From Mycobacteriales bacterium (GTDB lineage: Bacteria; Actinomycetota; Actinomycetes; JADGOV01): DNA of 55,965 nt. Positions 9,090 to 20,325 of this stretch are shown piece by piece; the stretch's first letter is position 1, and every line of letters begins with the position of its first letter. A model generated the notes under the pieces. The model worked only from the letters and a program-made list of their open reading frames with translations. It did no database searches and was not told the DNA's origin. The position numbers were made by a program, and so were the translations under genes. Location of the stretch: contig JBBSIN010000006.1 in the NCBI GenBank assembly GCA_038232055.1, positions 1 to 55,965 of the forward strand. The letters run 5' to 3'.

Positions 9090-12000
9090 GTGACCGCCGT
9101 ACCCGAGATCCGCTACCCGGAGGGGCTGCCGGTCAGCGCGCGCCGCGAGGACATCGCTGCCGCGATCAGGGATCATCAGGTGGTGATCGTCGCCGGCGAG
9201 ACCGGCTCCGGGAAGACCACCCAGCTACCAAAAATCTGCCTCGAGCTCGGCCGCGGAGTGCGCGGCCTCATCGGGCACACCCAGCCGCGCCGGCTGGCCG
9301 CGCGTACGGTCGCGGACCGCATCGCCGAGGAGCTTGGTGTGCCGCTCGGCGGAGCCGTCGGCTACACGGTGCGCTTCACCGACCAGGTCGGTCCGGACAC
9401 GCTGGTCAAGCTCATGACCGACGGCATCCTGCTGGCAGAGATCCAGCGCGACCGCCGGCTGGAGCGGTACGACACGCTGATCATCGACGAGGCGCACGAG
9501 CGCAGCCTCAACATCGACTTCCTCCTCGGCTATGTGAAGCGGCTGCTGCCGCGCCGCCCGGACCTCAAGGTCGTCATCACGTCGGCGACGATCGACCCGG
9601 AACGCTTCTCGCGGCACTTCGACAACGCGCCGATCGTCTCGGTGTCGGGGCGCATGTATCCGGTCGAGGTTCGCTACCGCCCGCTGCTCGCCGACGGCGG
9701 CGACCCCGACCGCGACCAGACGCAGGCCGTGATTGACGCGATAGGTGAGCTGGCCGCCGAGGGACCGGGCGACATCCTGGTCTTCCTCAGCGGTGAGCGG
9801 GAGATCCGCGACACCGCCGAGGCGGTGCGCGCAGCCGAGCTGCCCGACACCGAGGTCGTGCCGCTCTACGCACGCCTGTCCACCGCCGAGCAGCACCGTG
9901 TCTTCGAGCCGCATCCCGGCCGCCGCGTCGTCCTCGCCACCAACGTCGCCGAGACGTCGCTCACCGTCCCCGGCATCCGGTACGTCGTCGACCCCGGCAC
10001 CGCGCGCATCTCCCGCTACAGCCTGCGGACGAAGGTGCAGCGGCTGCCGATCGAGCCGATCTCCCAGGCGTCGGCCCGGCAACGTGCCGGCCGGTGTGGC
10101 CGCGTCGCCGACGGCATCTGCATCAGGCTCTACGCGGAGGAGGACTTCCTCGGCCGGCCCGCGTACACCGACCCTGAGATCCTGCACACCAACCTGGCCT
10201 CGGTGCTGCTGCAGATGACTGCGCTCGGGCTCGGCGACATGGCGGCGTTCCCGTTCCTCGACCCACCGGATCGCCGCAACGTTCGTGACGGCGTCGCGCT
10301 GCTCGTGGAGCTCGGCGCCTTCGACCCGGTCGCCAGCGGCGCGAAGTCCGGCCGGCGGCTCACCCCGCTCGGTCGCCAACTCGCCCGGCTGCCGGTCGAC
10401 CCCCGGCTGGCCCGCATGGTGCTCGAGGCCGACCGCAACGGCTGCCTGGGTGAGGTGCTCGTCATTGTGTCCGCCCTGTCGATCCAGGACCCGCGGGAAC
10501 GCCCAGCGGATAGGCAGCAGGCCGCGGCGGAGTCGCACACCAGGTTCGCGGACGAGCGGTCGGACTTCCTCGGCTACCTCAACCTCTGGCAGTACCTTCG
10601 CGAGCAGCAGCGGCAGCTCTCGGGCAATCAGTTCCGCAAACTGTGCAAGGCGGAGTTCCTGCACTATCTCCGCGTGCGCGAGTGGCAGGACCTGCACGGA
10701 CAGCTGCGCCGGGTCGTCCAGGACCTCGGTCTCACCGTCGAACGGGCGCCGCTCGGTCGGGATCGAGAGCCGGATGAGCAGGACCGGATCGCGCAGTCGC
10801 TGCTGGCTGGTCTGCTTTCCCACATCGGGCTGCGCGAAGGCGAGAGGCGGGACTTCCTCGGCGCACGCGGCGCGCGGTTCGCCATCGCCCCCGGCTCGGT
10901 GCTGTTCCGAAAACCGCCGAGGTGGGTCATGGCGGCCGAGCTGGTGGAGACCTCGCGGCTGTGGGGACGGGTCGCGGCGCGGATCGAACCCGAGTGGGCC
11001 GAGCGTCTCGCCGGCCACCTCGTCACGCGTACCTACAGCGAGCCGCACTGGGAGAAGCGGCGCGGCGGGGTGGTGGCCGCCGAGAAGGTGACGCTGTACG
11101 GCGTACCGCTGGTCGTGGCTCGACGTGTCGACTACGCGGCGGTCGACCCCATCCTGTCGCGAGATCTCTTCATCCGGCACGCGCTGGTCGAGGGCGACTG
11201 GACCACGCGACACGCGTTCTTCGCGGAGAACCGTGCGCTGCTCGAGAAGGTCGAGAACCTCGAGCACCGGATCCGGCGGCGTGACGTCGTCGTCGACGAC
11301 GAGACGCTCTTCGACTTCTACGAGCGACGTGTCCCGGAGGACGTCGTGTCCGGCCGGCACTTCGACGCGTGGTGGAAAGAGACGCGTCGGGTGCAGCCCG
11401 ATCTTTTGACCTTCTCCCACGACATGCTCCTGCGCGACTCCACCGAGGGCGTCCGCGCGGAGAACTACCCCGACGTCTGGGTGCAGGGTGACCTCCGGTT
11501 GCCCCTGACGTACCAATTCGAGCCGGGGAGCGAGACGGACGGCGTCACGGTGCAGGTGCCGCTCGCGGTGCTCGACCGGGTCGACGCCCGCGACTTCGAG
11601 TGGCTGGTGCCCGGGCTACGGCACGAGCTCGTCACCGCGCTGATCCGGTCGCTACCGAAGCCTCTTCGGGTCAGGTTCGTTCCCGCGCCGGACCACGCCG
11701 GTGCCGTCCTGGCGCAGCTGCGACCGCGCGAAGGAAATCTGCTCGAGGCGCTGAGCTCGCAGCTGCCGCGGAGAACCGGCGTCGAGGTCCCGCTCGACGC
11801 GTGGCAGCTCGCGCGGGTCCCGAACCATCTGCGGGTCACGTTTCGCATCGTCGACGATCGACACCGCACGCTCGCCGAGGGCAAGGACCTCCGCGACATC
11901 AGGCGACGCCTGCAGGGCGAGGTCCGCTCACTCCTCGACGACGTAGCGGGTGAGATCGAGCGGCACGGGTTGCGGACCTGGACTCTCGGGACGCTTCCTC

Positions 12001-12824
12001 GGGAAATCGAGCGCAGGGTGGGCGGTTACGTCGTCACCGGATACCCGGCCCTCGTCGACGAAGGCCAGACCGTCGGCGTACAGGTCTTTCGCAGTGCGGC
12101 CGAGCAGCGCTCGTCGATGTGGCGCGGCTCCCGCCGCCTGCTCATGCTCAACGCACCCTCGCCGGTCAGGCCCGTCGTGGCGCGGCTCTCGAATGAGGTC
12201 AAGCTGGGCATCGCCCACAACCCACACGGCAGCGTTCCGGCGCTCCTCGACGACTGCGTGGCCTGTGCGGTCGACTCGCTGCTCGTGGAGTGCGGCGGGC
12301 CGGCGTACGACGAGGCCGGCTTCACCGCGTTGCTCGCACACGTGCGCGGCGAGTTGACCGACAGGGTGTTCGACGTCGTGAGCCTCGTGGCGCGCATCCT
12401 CTCCGCGGCGCATCGCGTCGAGGAGCAGCTGCGCTCGACCTCGTACCCCGCGTTGCAGCCCTCGGCCACCGACATGAGAACGCAGCTGTCGCGGCTGGTG
12501 TACCGCGGCTTCGTCACCGCGACCGGGCGGCAGCGCCTGCCCGACGTGTTCCGCTACCTACGCGGCGTCGAGGGGCGCGCGGAGAGACTGGCGGACGATC
12601 CGGCCCGCGACCAGCTGCGCATGGCGAGGATCGAGCGGATGCAGCACGCCTACGCGTCGCTTCTGCAGCGGCTCCCCGCGGATCCGGACAAGCGCCGGGC
12701 GGGGCACGAGATCCGGTGGCAGATCGAGGAGCTGCGCATCAGCGTCTTCGCGCAGGACCTCGGCACACCGCGGCCCGTGTCGGAGCAGCGGATCCTGCGA
12801 GCGATGGACGACCTACTGGCGTGA
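9090..12824 (+). CDS. hrpA: ATP-dependent RNA helicase HrpA
   Basis: GETGSGKTTQLPK, HTQPRRLAAR, DEAHERSLNID, SAT, TNVAETSLT, QRAGRCGR, C-terminal IEELRISVFAQ. Start set at GTG 9090. Confidence 0.96.
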   Translation: MTAVPEIRYPEGLPVSARREDIAAAIRDHQVVIVAGETGSGKTTQLPKICLELGRGVRGLIGHTQPRRLAARTVADRIAEELGVPLGGAVGYTVRFTDQVGPDTLVKLMTDGILLAEIQRDRRLERYDTLIIDEAHERSLNIDFLLGYVKRLLPRRPDLKVVITSATIDPERFSRHFDNAPIVSVSGRMYPVEVRYRPLLADGGDPDRDQTQAVIDAIGELAAEGPGDILVFLSGEREIRDTAEAVRAAELPDTEVVPLYARLSTAEQHRVFEPHPGRRVVLATNVAETSLTVPGIRYVVDPGTARISRYSLRTKVQRLPIEPISQASARQRAGRCGRVADGICIRLYAEEDFLGRPAYTDPEILHTNLASVLLQMTALGLGDMAAFPFLDPPDRRNVRDGVALLVELGAFDPVASGAKSGRRLTPLGRQLARLPVDPRLARMVLEADRNGCLGEVLVIVSALSIQDPRERPADRQQAAAESHTRFADERSDFLGYLNLWQYLREQQRQLSGNQFRKLCKAEFLHYLRVREWQDLHGQLRRVVQDLGLTVERAPLGRDREPDEQDRIAQSLLAGLLSHIGLREGERRDFLGARGARFAIAPGSVLFRKPPRWVMAAELVETSRLWGRVAARIEPEWAERLAGHLVTRTYSEPHWEKRRGGVVAAEKVTLYGVPLVVARRVDYAAVDPILSRDLFIRHALVEGDWTTRHAFFAENRALLEKVENLEHRIRRRDVVVDDETLFDFYERRVPEDVVSGRHFDAWWKETRRVQPDLLTFSHDMLLRDSTEGVRAENYPDVWVQGDLRLPLTYQFEPGSETDGVTVQVPLAVLDRVDARDFEWLVPGLRHELVTALIRSLPKPLRVRFVPAPDHAGAVLAQLRPREGNLLEALSSQLPRRTGVEVPLDAWQLARVPNHLRVTFRIVDDRHRTLAEGKDLRDIRRRLQGEVRSLLDDVAGEIERHGLRTWTLGTLPREIERRVGGYVVTGYPALVDEGQTVGVQVFRSAAEQRSSMWRGSRRLLMLNAPSPVRPVVARLSNEVKLGIAHNPHGSVPALLDDCVACAVDSLLVECGGPAYDEAGFTALLAHVRGELTDRVFDVVSLVARILSAAHRVEEQLRSTSYPALQPSATDMRTQLSRLVYRGFVTATGRQRLPDVFRYLRGVEGRAERLADDPARDQLRMARIERMQHAYASLLQRLPADPDKRRAGHEIRWQIEELRISVFAQDLGTPRPVSEQRILRAMDDLLA

Positions 12825-12864
12825 CCCGCGGCACCCACGCTGCCGCCACGAGGCGGGTACGCCG

Positions 12865-13242
12865 TCAGGCCGCCCGGGCGGGACGAGGGTCAGGAATCAG
12901 CCACGCCACGGCGATGCCGAGCACGCCCAGCGCCAGGTGGATCAGATTGTCGAAAACCGTGTGGTACTCGTGCGGCAGCAGCCCGAACAGGTCGGGCACG
13001 ATGAATCCGACGATCGCCACCACGAGGTACACCACGCCGAGGCCGCCGACCACGTTCCGGACCAGGTCGATGTCGCCTCGGAAGCCCACCGCTGCCATCA
13101 GCCCTCCGGTGACGAGGTGCACGATGTCTTCGGCGATGTCGATGTTGAGCACCCCGAACAGCGACCTTTCCCCCAGAATGAGGCCGAACACGCCGATGAG
13201 CACGATCACGACGCCGACGACCTTCGCGTAGTTCCTGACCAT
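12865..13242 (-). CDS. DUF4383-like small membrane protein
   Basis: Four TM segments with conserved IVHLVTG and DNLIHLALG; GGAGG RBS. Confidence 0.75.
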   Translation of the reverse strand: MVRNYAKVVGVVIVLIGVFGLILGERSLFGVLNIDIAEDIVHLVTGGLMAAVGFRGDIDLVRNVVGGLGVVYLVVAIVGFIVPDLFGLLPHEYHTVFDNLIHLALGVLGIAVAWLIPDPRPARAA

Positions 13243-13337
13243 TGGGCCCTCCAGCCAGCCGGTGACTATCAGTTACAGCATCTGCCCGTATCGTAAGCTT
13301 GTCCATCATCGTCCGCCCGAACGCGCGGCGTGTCGGA

Positions 13338-14126
13338 TTACTCGGCCGTGTCCCACCATAGAGTGACGATGTCGTCCACGCCGACCCCGACCAGATCGGT
13401 CGGGCCGATCTCCTGCCAACGATCCGTCGGCAGGCAGAGCCGGCGACGGGCGAACTCGACCAGCACCTCGGGTGGGATGTCGTCGCGCGGCGGCCGGTGG
13501 AATCTCTCCGCCCGCACCGGCAGCCCCGCGTCGGCGAGCACACGCGCCGCGAGGTCGGCGGTGGGTCCCGACGGTCGATCCTCGCCGTGCACCCGTCGCC
13601 ACAGCGGACCGAGCGGAACCCAGGGGTGTACCGCGGTCAGCTCCATGACGACCCGACACCGGGCATGCGCGTCCAGCGCGAGCGCGAACGACGCCAGGTC
13701 CGGAACGTTATAGGCCACGTGGGCGCACACCACGACGTCGGCGACCGGGCAGTCGGCAGCGACGTCGGGCCAGCTGCCACGGACGGTACCGACCCGGACG
13801 CCACGGGCGGCCGCCGCGTCCTCGAGCTCGGACAGCATCGCTGCTGACTCGTCGACACCCACCACCTCCGCCGCCGGTGGCGCGAGCGGCAGGCTCGCCG
13901 CGCCGCCGCCGCAGCCCACATCGAGGACTCGGCCACCGGTCAGGACCGCCTCTCGGGCGAGCCGAGTCGTCGGGATTTCCGGCGGGTTCCCGGGCCTGGC
14001 CCCGAAGAGCCCTACCGGGAAGCCGTACGGCGAGTCGGCAGCGGCGGCGAGGATCTCCGGCGAGATGCGCCATCCGGCCAGCTCGTCGCTCCAGCGCTGG
14101 GCCGCGGTCGCGGAATAGTTGAGCAT
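13338..14126 (-). CDS. Class I SAM-dependent methyltransferase
   Basis: VLDVGCGGG motif I, VVGVDES..ML, ADVVVCAHV.YNV. Start moved to ATG 14126 to avoid overlap with DoxX. Confidence 0.8.
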   Translation of the reverse strand: MLNYSATAAQRWSDELAGWRISPEILAAAADSPYGFPVGLFGARPGNPPEIPTTRLAREAVLTGGRVLDVGCGGGAASLPLAPPAAEVVGVDESAAMLSELEDAAAARGVRVGTVRGSWPDVAADCPVADVVVCAHVAYNVPDLASFALALDAHARCRVVMELTAVHPWVPLGPLWRRVHGEDRPSGPTADLAARVLADAGLPVRAERFHRPPRDDIPPEVLVEFARRRLCLPTDRWQEIGPTDLVGVGVDDIVTLWWDTAE

Positions 14127-14180
14127 GCAACTTGTTGTCCGATACGAAGACATTGACCCTCGTCTCACAGGGAGGTCCCG

Positions 14181-14723
14181 GTGGATACCGGACTGTTCAT
14201 TCTCCGTCTGGTTGTCGGGCTGCTGCTCGTCGGCCACGGCACCCAGAAGCTCTTCGGCTGGTTCGGCGGCCACGGCCTCGTCGGCGTCGGCGGCTGGTTC
14301 GAGTCGATCGGTCACCGTCCAGGCCGGCTCATGGCGTTCGTCGCCGGGTTGTCCGAGGCCGGCGGCGGGCTCCTGCTCGCGCTCGGCCTGCTCAACCCGC
14401 TCGCCGCGGCCGTGGCAATCGGCGTCATGCTCGTCGCGGGCTCGACACACTGGCCCAAGCTCTGGGCGACCGAGGGCGGGTTCGAGCTGCCCTTCGTCTA
14501 CGCAGTGAGCGCCGCCGCCCTCGCGTTCACCGGTCCAGGCGCGGTCTCCCTCGACCGGGCGCTCGGCTGGGACCTCGCCGGGACCGGCTGGGGTCTCGCG
14601 GCCGTCGTAGTCGGCGGGATCGGCGCCACCGTGGCGACCCTGCGCGCCGCCGCAGTACGCCGCAACACCATCGCCACGACGTCGTACGCCGACGAGCCGG
14701 CGACCGAGCGCGTCGCGGCCTGA
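14181..14723 (+). CDS. DoxX family membrane protein
   Basis: LRLVVGLLLVGHGTQKLFGWFGG, E.GGGLLLALG, GGFELP, GPGAVSLD; GGGAGG RBS. Confidence 0.9.
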   Translation: MDTGLFILRLVVGLLLVGHGTQKLFGWFGGHGLVGVGGWFESIGHRPGRLMAFVAGLSEAGGGLLLALGLLNPLAAAVAIGVMLVAGSTHWPKLWATEGGFELPFVYAVSAAALAFTGPGAVSLDRALGWDLAGTGWGLAAVVVGGIGATVATLRAAAVRRNTIATTSYADEPATERVAA

Positions 14724-14736
14724 CGTACCAGCACGA

Positions 14737-14775
14737 CTGAAGGGCCCGCGCGGGCGTCCTGCGCTGGCCCTTCAG
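14737..14775. terminator. GC-rich stem-loop between convergent doxX and rpf genes
   Basis: CTGAAGGGCC...GGCCCTTCAG 10-bp perfect arms with further inner pairing, 13 nt after the doxX stop. No long U-tail. Confidence 0.6.
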
Positions 14776-14880
14776 GCCAGCCGATCTCCTTCGCCTGCCG
14801 TGTGGTGGCTATGCGATCTCCAAGAGCCGCCGCGGGGAACAACGCACCGGGCGAAGGAGATCGTCGAGATGCGCGTGTAC

Positions 14881-14945
14881 GACGGCGCACCCGCGCTTGT
14901 TGGACGGCGCACCGCACTTGTTCGACGGCGCATCGCACCTGCTTC
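14881..14945. repeat. Three imperfect 21-22 bp tandem repeats (GACGGCGCA-c-CGCACTTGTTc)
   Basis: gacggcgcacccgcgcttgttg / gacggcgcaccgcacttgttc / gacggcgcatcgcacctgcttc, in intergenic DNA. Confidence 0.7.
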
Positions 14946-14968
14946 CCGCCTGAGCCGGCGGCGACCGA

Positions 14969-16187
<1,219 letters not shown>

Positions 16188-16299
16188 CCGCGGCCAGCCC
16201 GCGCTGATGCGCGGACCCGGGAATGCTACCCGACGCTCGGGAGCCGCCGCGCAGTCGCGACTTCAGGAGCCCTGAAGCTTCTCAAGAGCTCTGCAGTCG

Positions 16300-17325
16300 T
16301 CAGGAGCTCTGCAGTGACCCCAGCGCGGCGATGGCCGCTCCCCGCGCTCCGGCCATGTCCCGGTCGGGTACCAGCGCGAAGGTAGCGACCCGGGCCTGCT
16401 CCTCCCGCAGCGCCGTGTGCTTGCGCACCGTGGCGAGGAACCAGTCGCGGAAGTCTGGCGCGGCCTCGACCACGCCGCCACCGAGGAAGTAGGCGTGCGG
16501 GTCGGTGAAGTTCGCGGCGATGGTGAAGAGTCGTCCGAGGGCCATCGCCTGCTGCTCGAAGACGGCGAATGCGAGCGGGTCGCCCTGCTCGCCGTACCGA
16601 CGGACGAGCTTCGCGGCCTCGAGGGCAGGCAGCCGGCCGAGCTCGTGGTCGGGGAAGCGGGTCAGCCAGTAGGGCAGCAGGTTCTTGCCGATGCCGATCA
16701 GGGAGGCGACGCTCTCGGCGTCACCGACAAGCCCGCAGTTGCACTCGGGTAGCGGCTGCCCCTCCGCGAGCAGCCCCTGCATCGGAATGTGCACGTGACC
16801 GAGCTCGCCGGCCATTCCGGCGGCGCCCGCCACGATCCGGCCTGCCTCGACGAGCCCGCCGCCCAGGCCCGTACCCACGATCGCCGAGACCGACGAGCGC
16901 TGTGCGGCGGCATCGGCGAAGTGCAGGTGATGGGCGTACAGCGCCGCGGCGTTGCCGTCGTTGTTGTAGACGACCGGCAGCCCGAGCCGTGCCTCCAGCG
17001 CCCCGCGGACGTCGAACCCGCGCCATCCCGGCGCGGCGAAGTTGGTGGAGCCCTTCGAGGAGATGACGCCGTCCGCGCTGGCCGGCCCCGGCGTGTCCAG
17101 ACCGACTGCCCGCACCGACGTCAACGCAATGCCAGTGACGTCGAGCACGTGTGCCAACGCCTCGGCCATCGCCTCCACCGCCACGTCAGGGCCTTCGCGC
17201 ACCAGACTGGGGATCTCCACCAGCCGGTCCACCAGGAACTGCCCGGCAGCGTCGAGCACCGTGGCGTTGTTGGTCGTCCCGCCGTTGTCGAGCCCGACGA
17301 CTACCCACGGGCCTGAAGCTGGCAT
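16300..17325 (-). CDS. ROK family sugar kinase
   Basis: VGLDNGGT, NNDGNAAA, VGTGLGGG, AGELGH, Zn motif CNCG...DAESVAS. Start set at ATG 17325. Confidence 0.88.
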   Translation of the reverse strand: MPASGPWVVVGLDNGGTTNNATVLDAAGQFLVDRLVEIPSLVREGPDVAVEAMAEALAHVLDVTGIALTSVRAVGLDTPGPASADGVISSKGSTNFAAPGWRGFDVRGALEARLGLPVVYNNDGNAAALYAHHLHFADAAAQRSSVSAIVGTGLGGGLVEAGRIVAGAAGMAGELGHVHIPMQGLLAEGQPLPECNCGLVGDAESVASLIGIGKNLLPYWLTRFPDHELGRLPALEAAKLVRRYGEQGDPLAFAVFEQQAMALGRLFTIAANFTDPHAYFLGGGVVEAAPDFRDWFLATVRKHTALREEQARVATFALVPDRDMAGARGAAIAALGSLQSS

Positions 17326-17368
17326 CCGATATCCCTCCGCAGGTGTACCGCGACGATTATGGCGAGCT

Positions 17369-17566
17369 GTGACGAGGTGGGAGTTGGCGACGGTCGCCAA
17401 GGGACGATCGTGGCTGACGGACGGCGTCAACCGGCTGCGGGCCGGCGGCTCCCGGATCGCCGAGGCGACACTGGCGGCGATCGGGGTAACGCGAGGACAC
17501 GACCTCGCGGACGTGCTCCGCGAGACCGATCGGGCGCTGGGACTGCCCGACCACGAGGACGGCTGA
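17369..17566 (+). CDS. Possible small protein or C-terminal gene remnant
   Basis: 65 codons from GTG with GC-rich third positions (ELATVAKGRSWLTDGVNRLR...DRALGLPDHEDG*); no RBS or family recognised. Confidence 0.3.
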   Translation: MTRWELATVAKGRSWLTDGVNRLRAGGSRIAEATLAAIGVTRGHDLADVLRETDRALGLPDHEDG

Positions 17567-17626
17567 CACCGGACCGACGCGCTCCAAGTGCTAAGGTACT
17601 TGCACAGGCAATCATAGGAGGTTTCG

Positions 17627-18211
17627 ATGACCAGCGACGGCAGCGAGGGCGTCAGCAGCGCGATCGAGGACCTGACCGGCGACTACCAGCTCGACGTCGG
17701 GCACACCCGGCTCGGGTTCACCGCACGCCACGCGATGGTGACCAAGGTGCGTGGGTCGTTCCAGGAGTTCGAAGGCACCGTGCACCTCGACGCCGACGAC
17801 CCGGCGAAATCCACTGCCGAGCTGCACATCAAGACCGCGAGCATCACGACCGGCAACGAGCAGCGCGATGCCCACCTGCGCACCAACGACTTCTTGGACG
17901 CGGAGAACATCCCGGAGATGGTCTTCCGGAGCACCGCGGTCGAGCGGGTGGACGACACGACGTACCGGGTCACCGGAGATCTCACGGTCAAGGACACCAC
18001 CAAGCCGGTCACCGTCGACGTGGAGTTCACCGGGTCGGCGAAGGACCCGTACGGCAACCTGCGCGCCGGCTTCGACGGCAGGGCTTCGATCAACCGCAAG
18101 GACTGGGGCGTCAACTGGAACGCGGCCCTGGAGACCGGCGGGTTCCTGGTGAGCGACAAGATCGGGCTGGAGTTCGACATCTCCGCCATCAAGCTGAGCC
18201 CAGCGGCGTAA
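17627..18211 (+). CDS. YceI family lipid/polyisoprenoid-binding protein
   Basis: HTRLGFTARHAMVTKVRGSF, SITTGNEQRDAHLR..DF, DPYGN.RAGF, INRKDWGVNWNAALETGG; AGGAGG RBS. Confidence 0.93.
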   Translation: MTSDGSEGVSSAIEDLTGDYQLDVGHTRLGFTARHAMVTKVRGSFQEFEGTVHLDADDPAKSTAELHIKTASITTGNEQRDAHLRTNDFLDAENIPEMVFRSTAVERVDDTTYRVTGDLTVKDTTKPVTVDVEFTGSAKDPYGNLRAGFDGRASINRKDWGVNWNAALETGGFLVSDKIGLEFDISAIKLSPAA

Positions 18212-18224
18212 GGAGGCCCAGCGG

Positions 18225-20225
18225 TTAGAGCAGCGCCGGTTGGCGCCACGGTTCGCCGCGCAGGTAGGTGTCGAGCCAGGCGCGCACAGCGTCGTACCAG
18301 ACGACGACGTTGCCCGGTTTGAGCACCCAGTGGTTCTCGTCCGGGAAGTAGAGGAACTTCGACTCGACGCCGCGCCGCTGCAGTTCCCACCACAGTCGCA
18401 GCGCTTCGCCAAGCGGCACCCGGTAGTCCTTGTCGCCGTGCACGACGAGCATCGGCGTCCGGATCGATGCGGCGTGGTGGTGCGGCGACCAGGTCTGGTA
18501 CCGGTTGGGCTGCTCATCGGGGTTGCCGAACTCACGCGTCCAGTACCCGGGTTGGTCGGTTGTGCCCTGGAACTGATCCAGCGACCACAGGCTCGCGTGC
18601 GTGACGATGCAGCGGAAGCGGTCGGTGTGACCGGCGATCCAGTTCGCAAGGTAGCCGCCGTACGAACCGCCCATGACCGCGGTCAGCTCGGCGTCGATGT
18701 CCGGCCGCGCGACGGCGGTGTCGGTGATCTGCAGAAGGTCGGTGTACGGCGTACCGCCCCACTGACCCCAGCCGCGACGGACGAAGTCGAGCCCGTAGCC
18801 GGTGGACAGTGCGGGGTCCGGGAGCAGCACGGCGTAGCCGCGCGCAGCGAGCAGCCACGGGTTCCAGCGCCACGACCAGGCGTTCCACGAGTTCAGCGGT
18901 CCGCCGTGCACCCACAGCACCAGCGGCGCGGGGGTCTGCGCCGACGCCGCGTCCGGCAGCACGAGCCAGCCGCGTACGCGCGCGCCGTCGGCTGCAGTGA
19001 CGGCCACCTCCTCGACCCGACCCGGAATGTCGACGCGGCCGGGGGCTGGCAGCGGCGTACCGGTCTGGTCCGCCACCTTCGGCTCGAGCCGTACCGGCGT
19101 AGGGGGCTCATCGATCCGGGACCGCAGCGCGTAGAGGGCGGTGCCGTCCGCAGCCGGGCAGAGGGATTCGTAGTGCCCGTCGCCGGTGAGCCGGGTGACC
19201 TCGCCGCTGGCGACCTCGACGCGGTACGCCGGGGCGCGCCCGTTCTCGTCGGCCGTGAAGTACACCGCCGCGGAGTCGGCAGCCCATACTGCGCCGCCGG
19301 GCCACAGGTCCAGGTGCGGCGTGAGGTCACGGCCCTTCCCCGCGGCGAGATCGAAGAGCCACAGCGTCCGGTCCGGCGGTTGGTCGTAGCCGGCATCGCT
19401 GGCCCGGACAGCCACCACGGACCTGCCGTCCGGTGACGCGGCCGGATCGGCGAAGAAGTAGTCGGCGTCACCGGCGAGCACGCGCCGCTCCCCGCTGGCG
19501 ACATCGATCGCGACGAGCGTGCTGCGCGGATAGCCGGGCTCGTCGTCCACGCTCCATCCCGCGATCACCGTGCGCCCGTCCGGAGTGACGGTGAACGCCT
19601 GCTCGTCGAGCGCGCGCCCCGGCTCCGGCGTGAGGTCACGCAGCTCGCCGGAACCGTCGTCGCCGATGTCGGTTACCGCCAGCCGGAGCTGGCCCGGCCC
19701 CAGGTCGTGGTCCCAGAACCGGACGGGCGACTGCTCGAAGAGGATCGCGTCGACACCGGCGTCTTTGCGCGCCGTACGCCGCTCGTCGTCGGCGTCGTGG
19801 TCGGCCCCCGGCAGCATGCTGCCCGACACGACCACGACGCCGGTGTCGCGGGCGGTCGCCACCCCGGCGACCCCGCCCGGCGGCGACGCGACCTGCCGGG
19901 CCTCCCCGCCACCCGCCGGCAGCAGCCACAGCGCCGCCTGCTCGTCGTCGGCGGGCTCGGCGTCGGCATCCGGGCGCTTCGAGACGAAGAGCAGGCTGCC
20001 GTCCGGCAGAAACGCAGCCCCTTCCTCGCCGGCTGCCGACCTCGTGAGTCGGAACGGCGTTCGCTCGGCTAGGGGGTCGATCTCCCACAGCGCGGAGACG
20101 TATCGCTTGCGATCGCGCGAGAGCGTGGCAACCGATGCGATCAGGCGGTGACCATCCGGTGACAACACAAGGGAACCGACGCGGGGTATTGCGACGTATT
20201 CCGACAAAACCTCGAAAGCTGGCAC
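18225..20225 (-). CDS. S9 family peptidase (prolyl oligopeptidase/acylaminoacyl peptidase)
   Basis: Propeller repeats followed by WVHGGP, GGSYGG nucleophile, HGDKDYRVP, FPDENHW. Start set at GTG 20225. Confidence 0.92.
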   Translation of the reverse strand: MPAFEVLSEYVAIPRVGSLVLSPDGHRLIASVATLSRDRKRYVSALWEIDPLAERTPFRLTRSAAGEEGAAFLPDGSLLFVSKRPDADAEPADDEQAALWLLPAGGGEARQVASPPGGVAGVATARDTGVVVVSGSMLPGADHDADDERRTARKDAGVDAILFEQSPVRFWDHDLGPGQLRLAVTDIGDDGSGELRDLTPEPGRALDEQAFTVTPDGRTVIAGWSVDDEPGYPRSTLVAIDVASGERRVLAGDADYFFADPAASPDGRSVVAVRASDAGYDQPPDRTLWLFDLAAGKGRDLTPHLDLWPGGAVWAADSAAVYFTADENGRAPAYRVEVASGEVTRLTGDGHYESLCPAADGTALYALRSRIDEPPTPVRLEPKVADQTGTPLPAPGRVDIPGRVEEVAVTAADGARVRGWLVLPDAASAQTPAPLVLWVHGGPLNSWNAWSWRWNPWLLAARGYAVLLPDPALSTGYGLDFVRRGWGQWGGTPYTDLLQITDTAVARPDIDAELTAVMGGSYGGYLANWIAGHTDRFRCIVTHASLWSLDQFQGTTDQPGYWTREFGNPDEQPNRYQTWSPHHHAASIRTPMLVVHGDKDYRVPLGEALRLWWELQRRGVESKFLYFPDENHWVLKPGNVVVWYDAVRAWLDTYLRGEPWRQPALL

Positions 20226-20325
20226 ACGGGGACGATACGGCGTTGCCGCGAGTGGCCGCCGAGGGACACGGGAATTGGTCGCGCTTGTTCCGGGATGAAT
20301 CTGATCGGCAGCTCGCCCGCGACGT

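Noticed and set aside
9225-11516. 763-aa antisense ORF, and similar long shadow ORFs (25012-26526, 37646-39355, 41399-43180, 47794-48966, 52956-54668)
   Set aside because: They overlap well-supported genes, have Arg/Pro/Ala-rich non-family sequence, and are expected from stop-codon scarcity at high GC.
16261-16316. CTTCAGG/CCTGAAG 7-bp hairpin and duplicated GAGCTCTGCAGT at the ROK 3' end
   Set aside because: Too short to call a terminator or element with confidence; probably local slippage.
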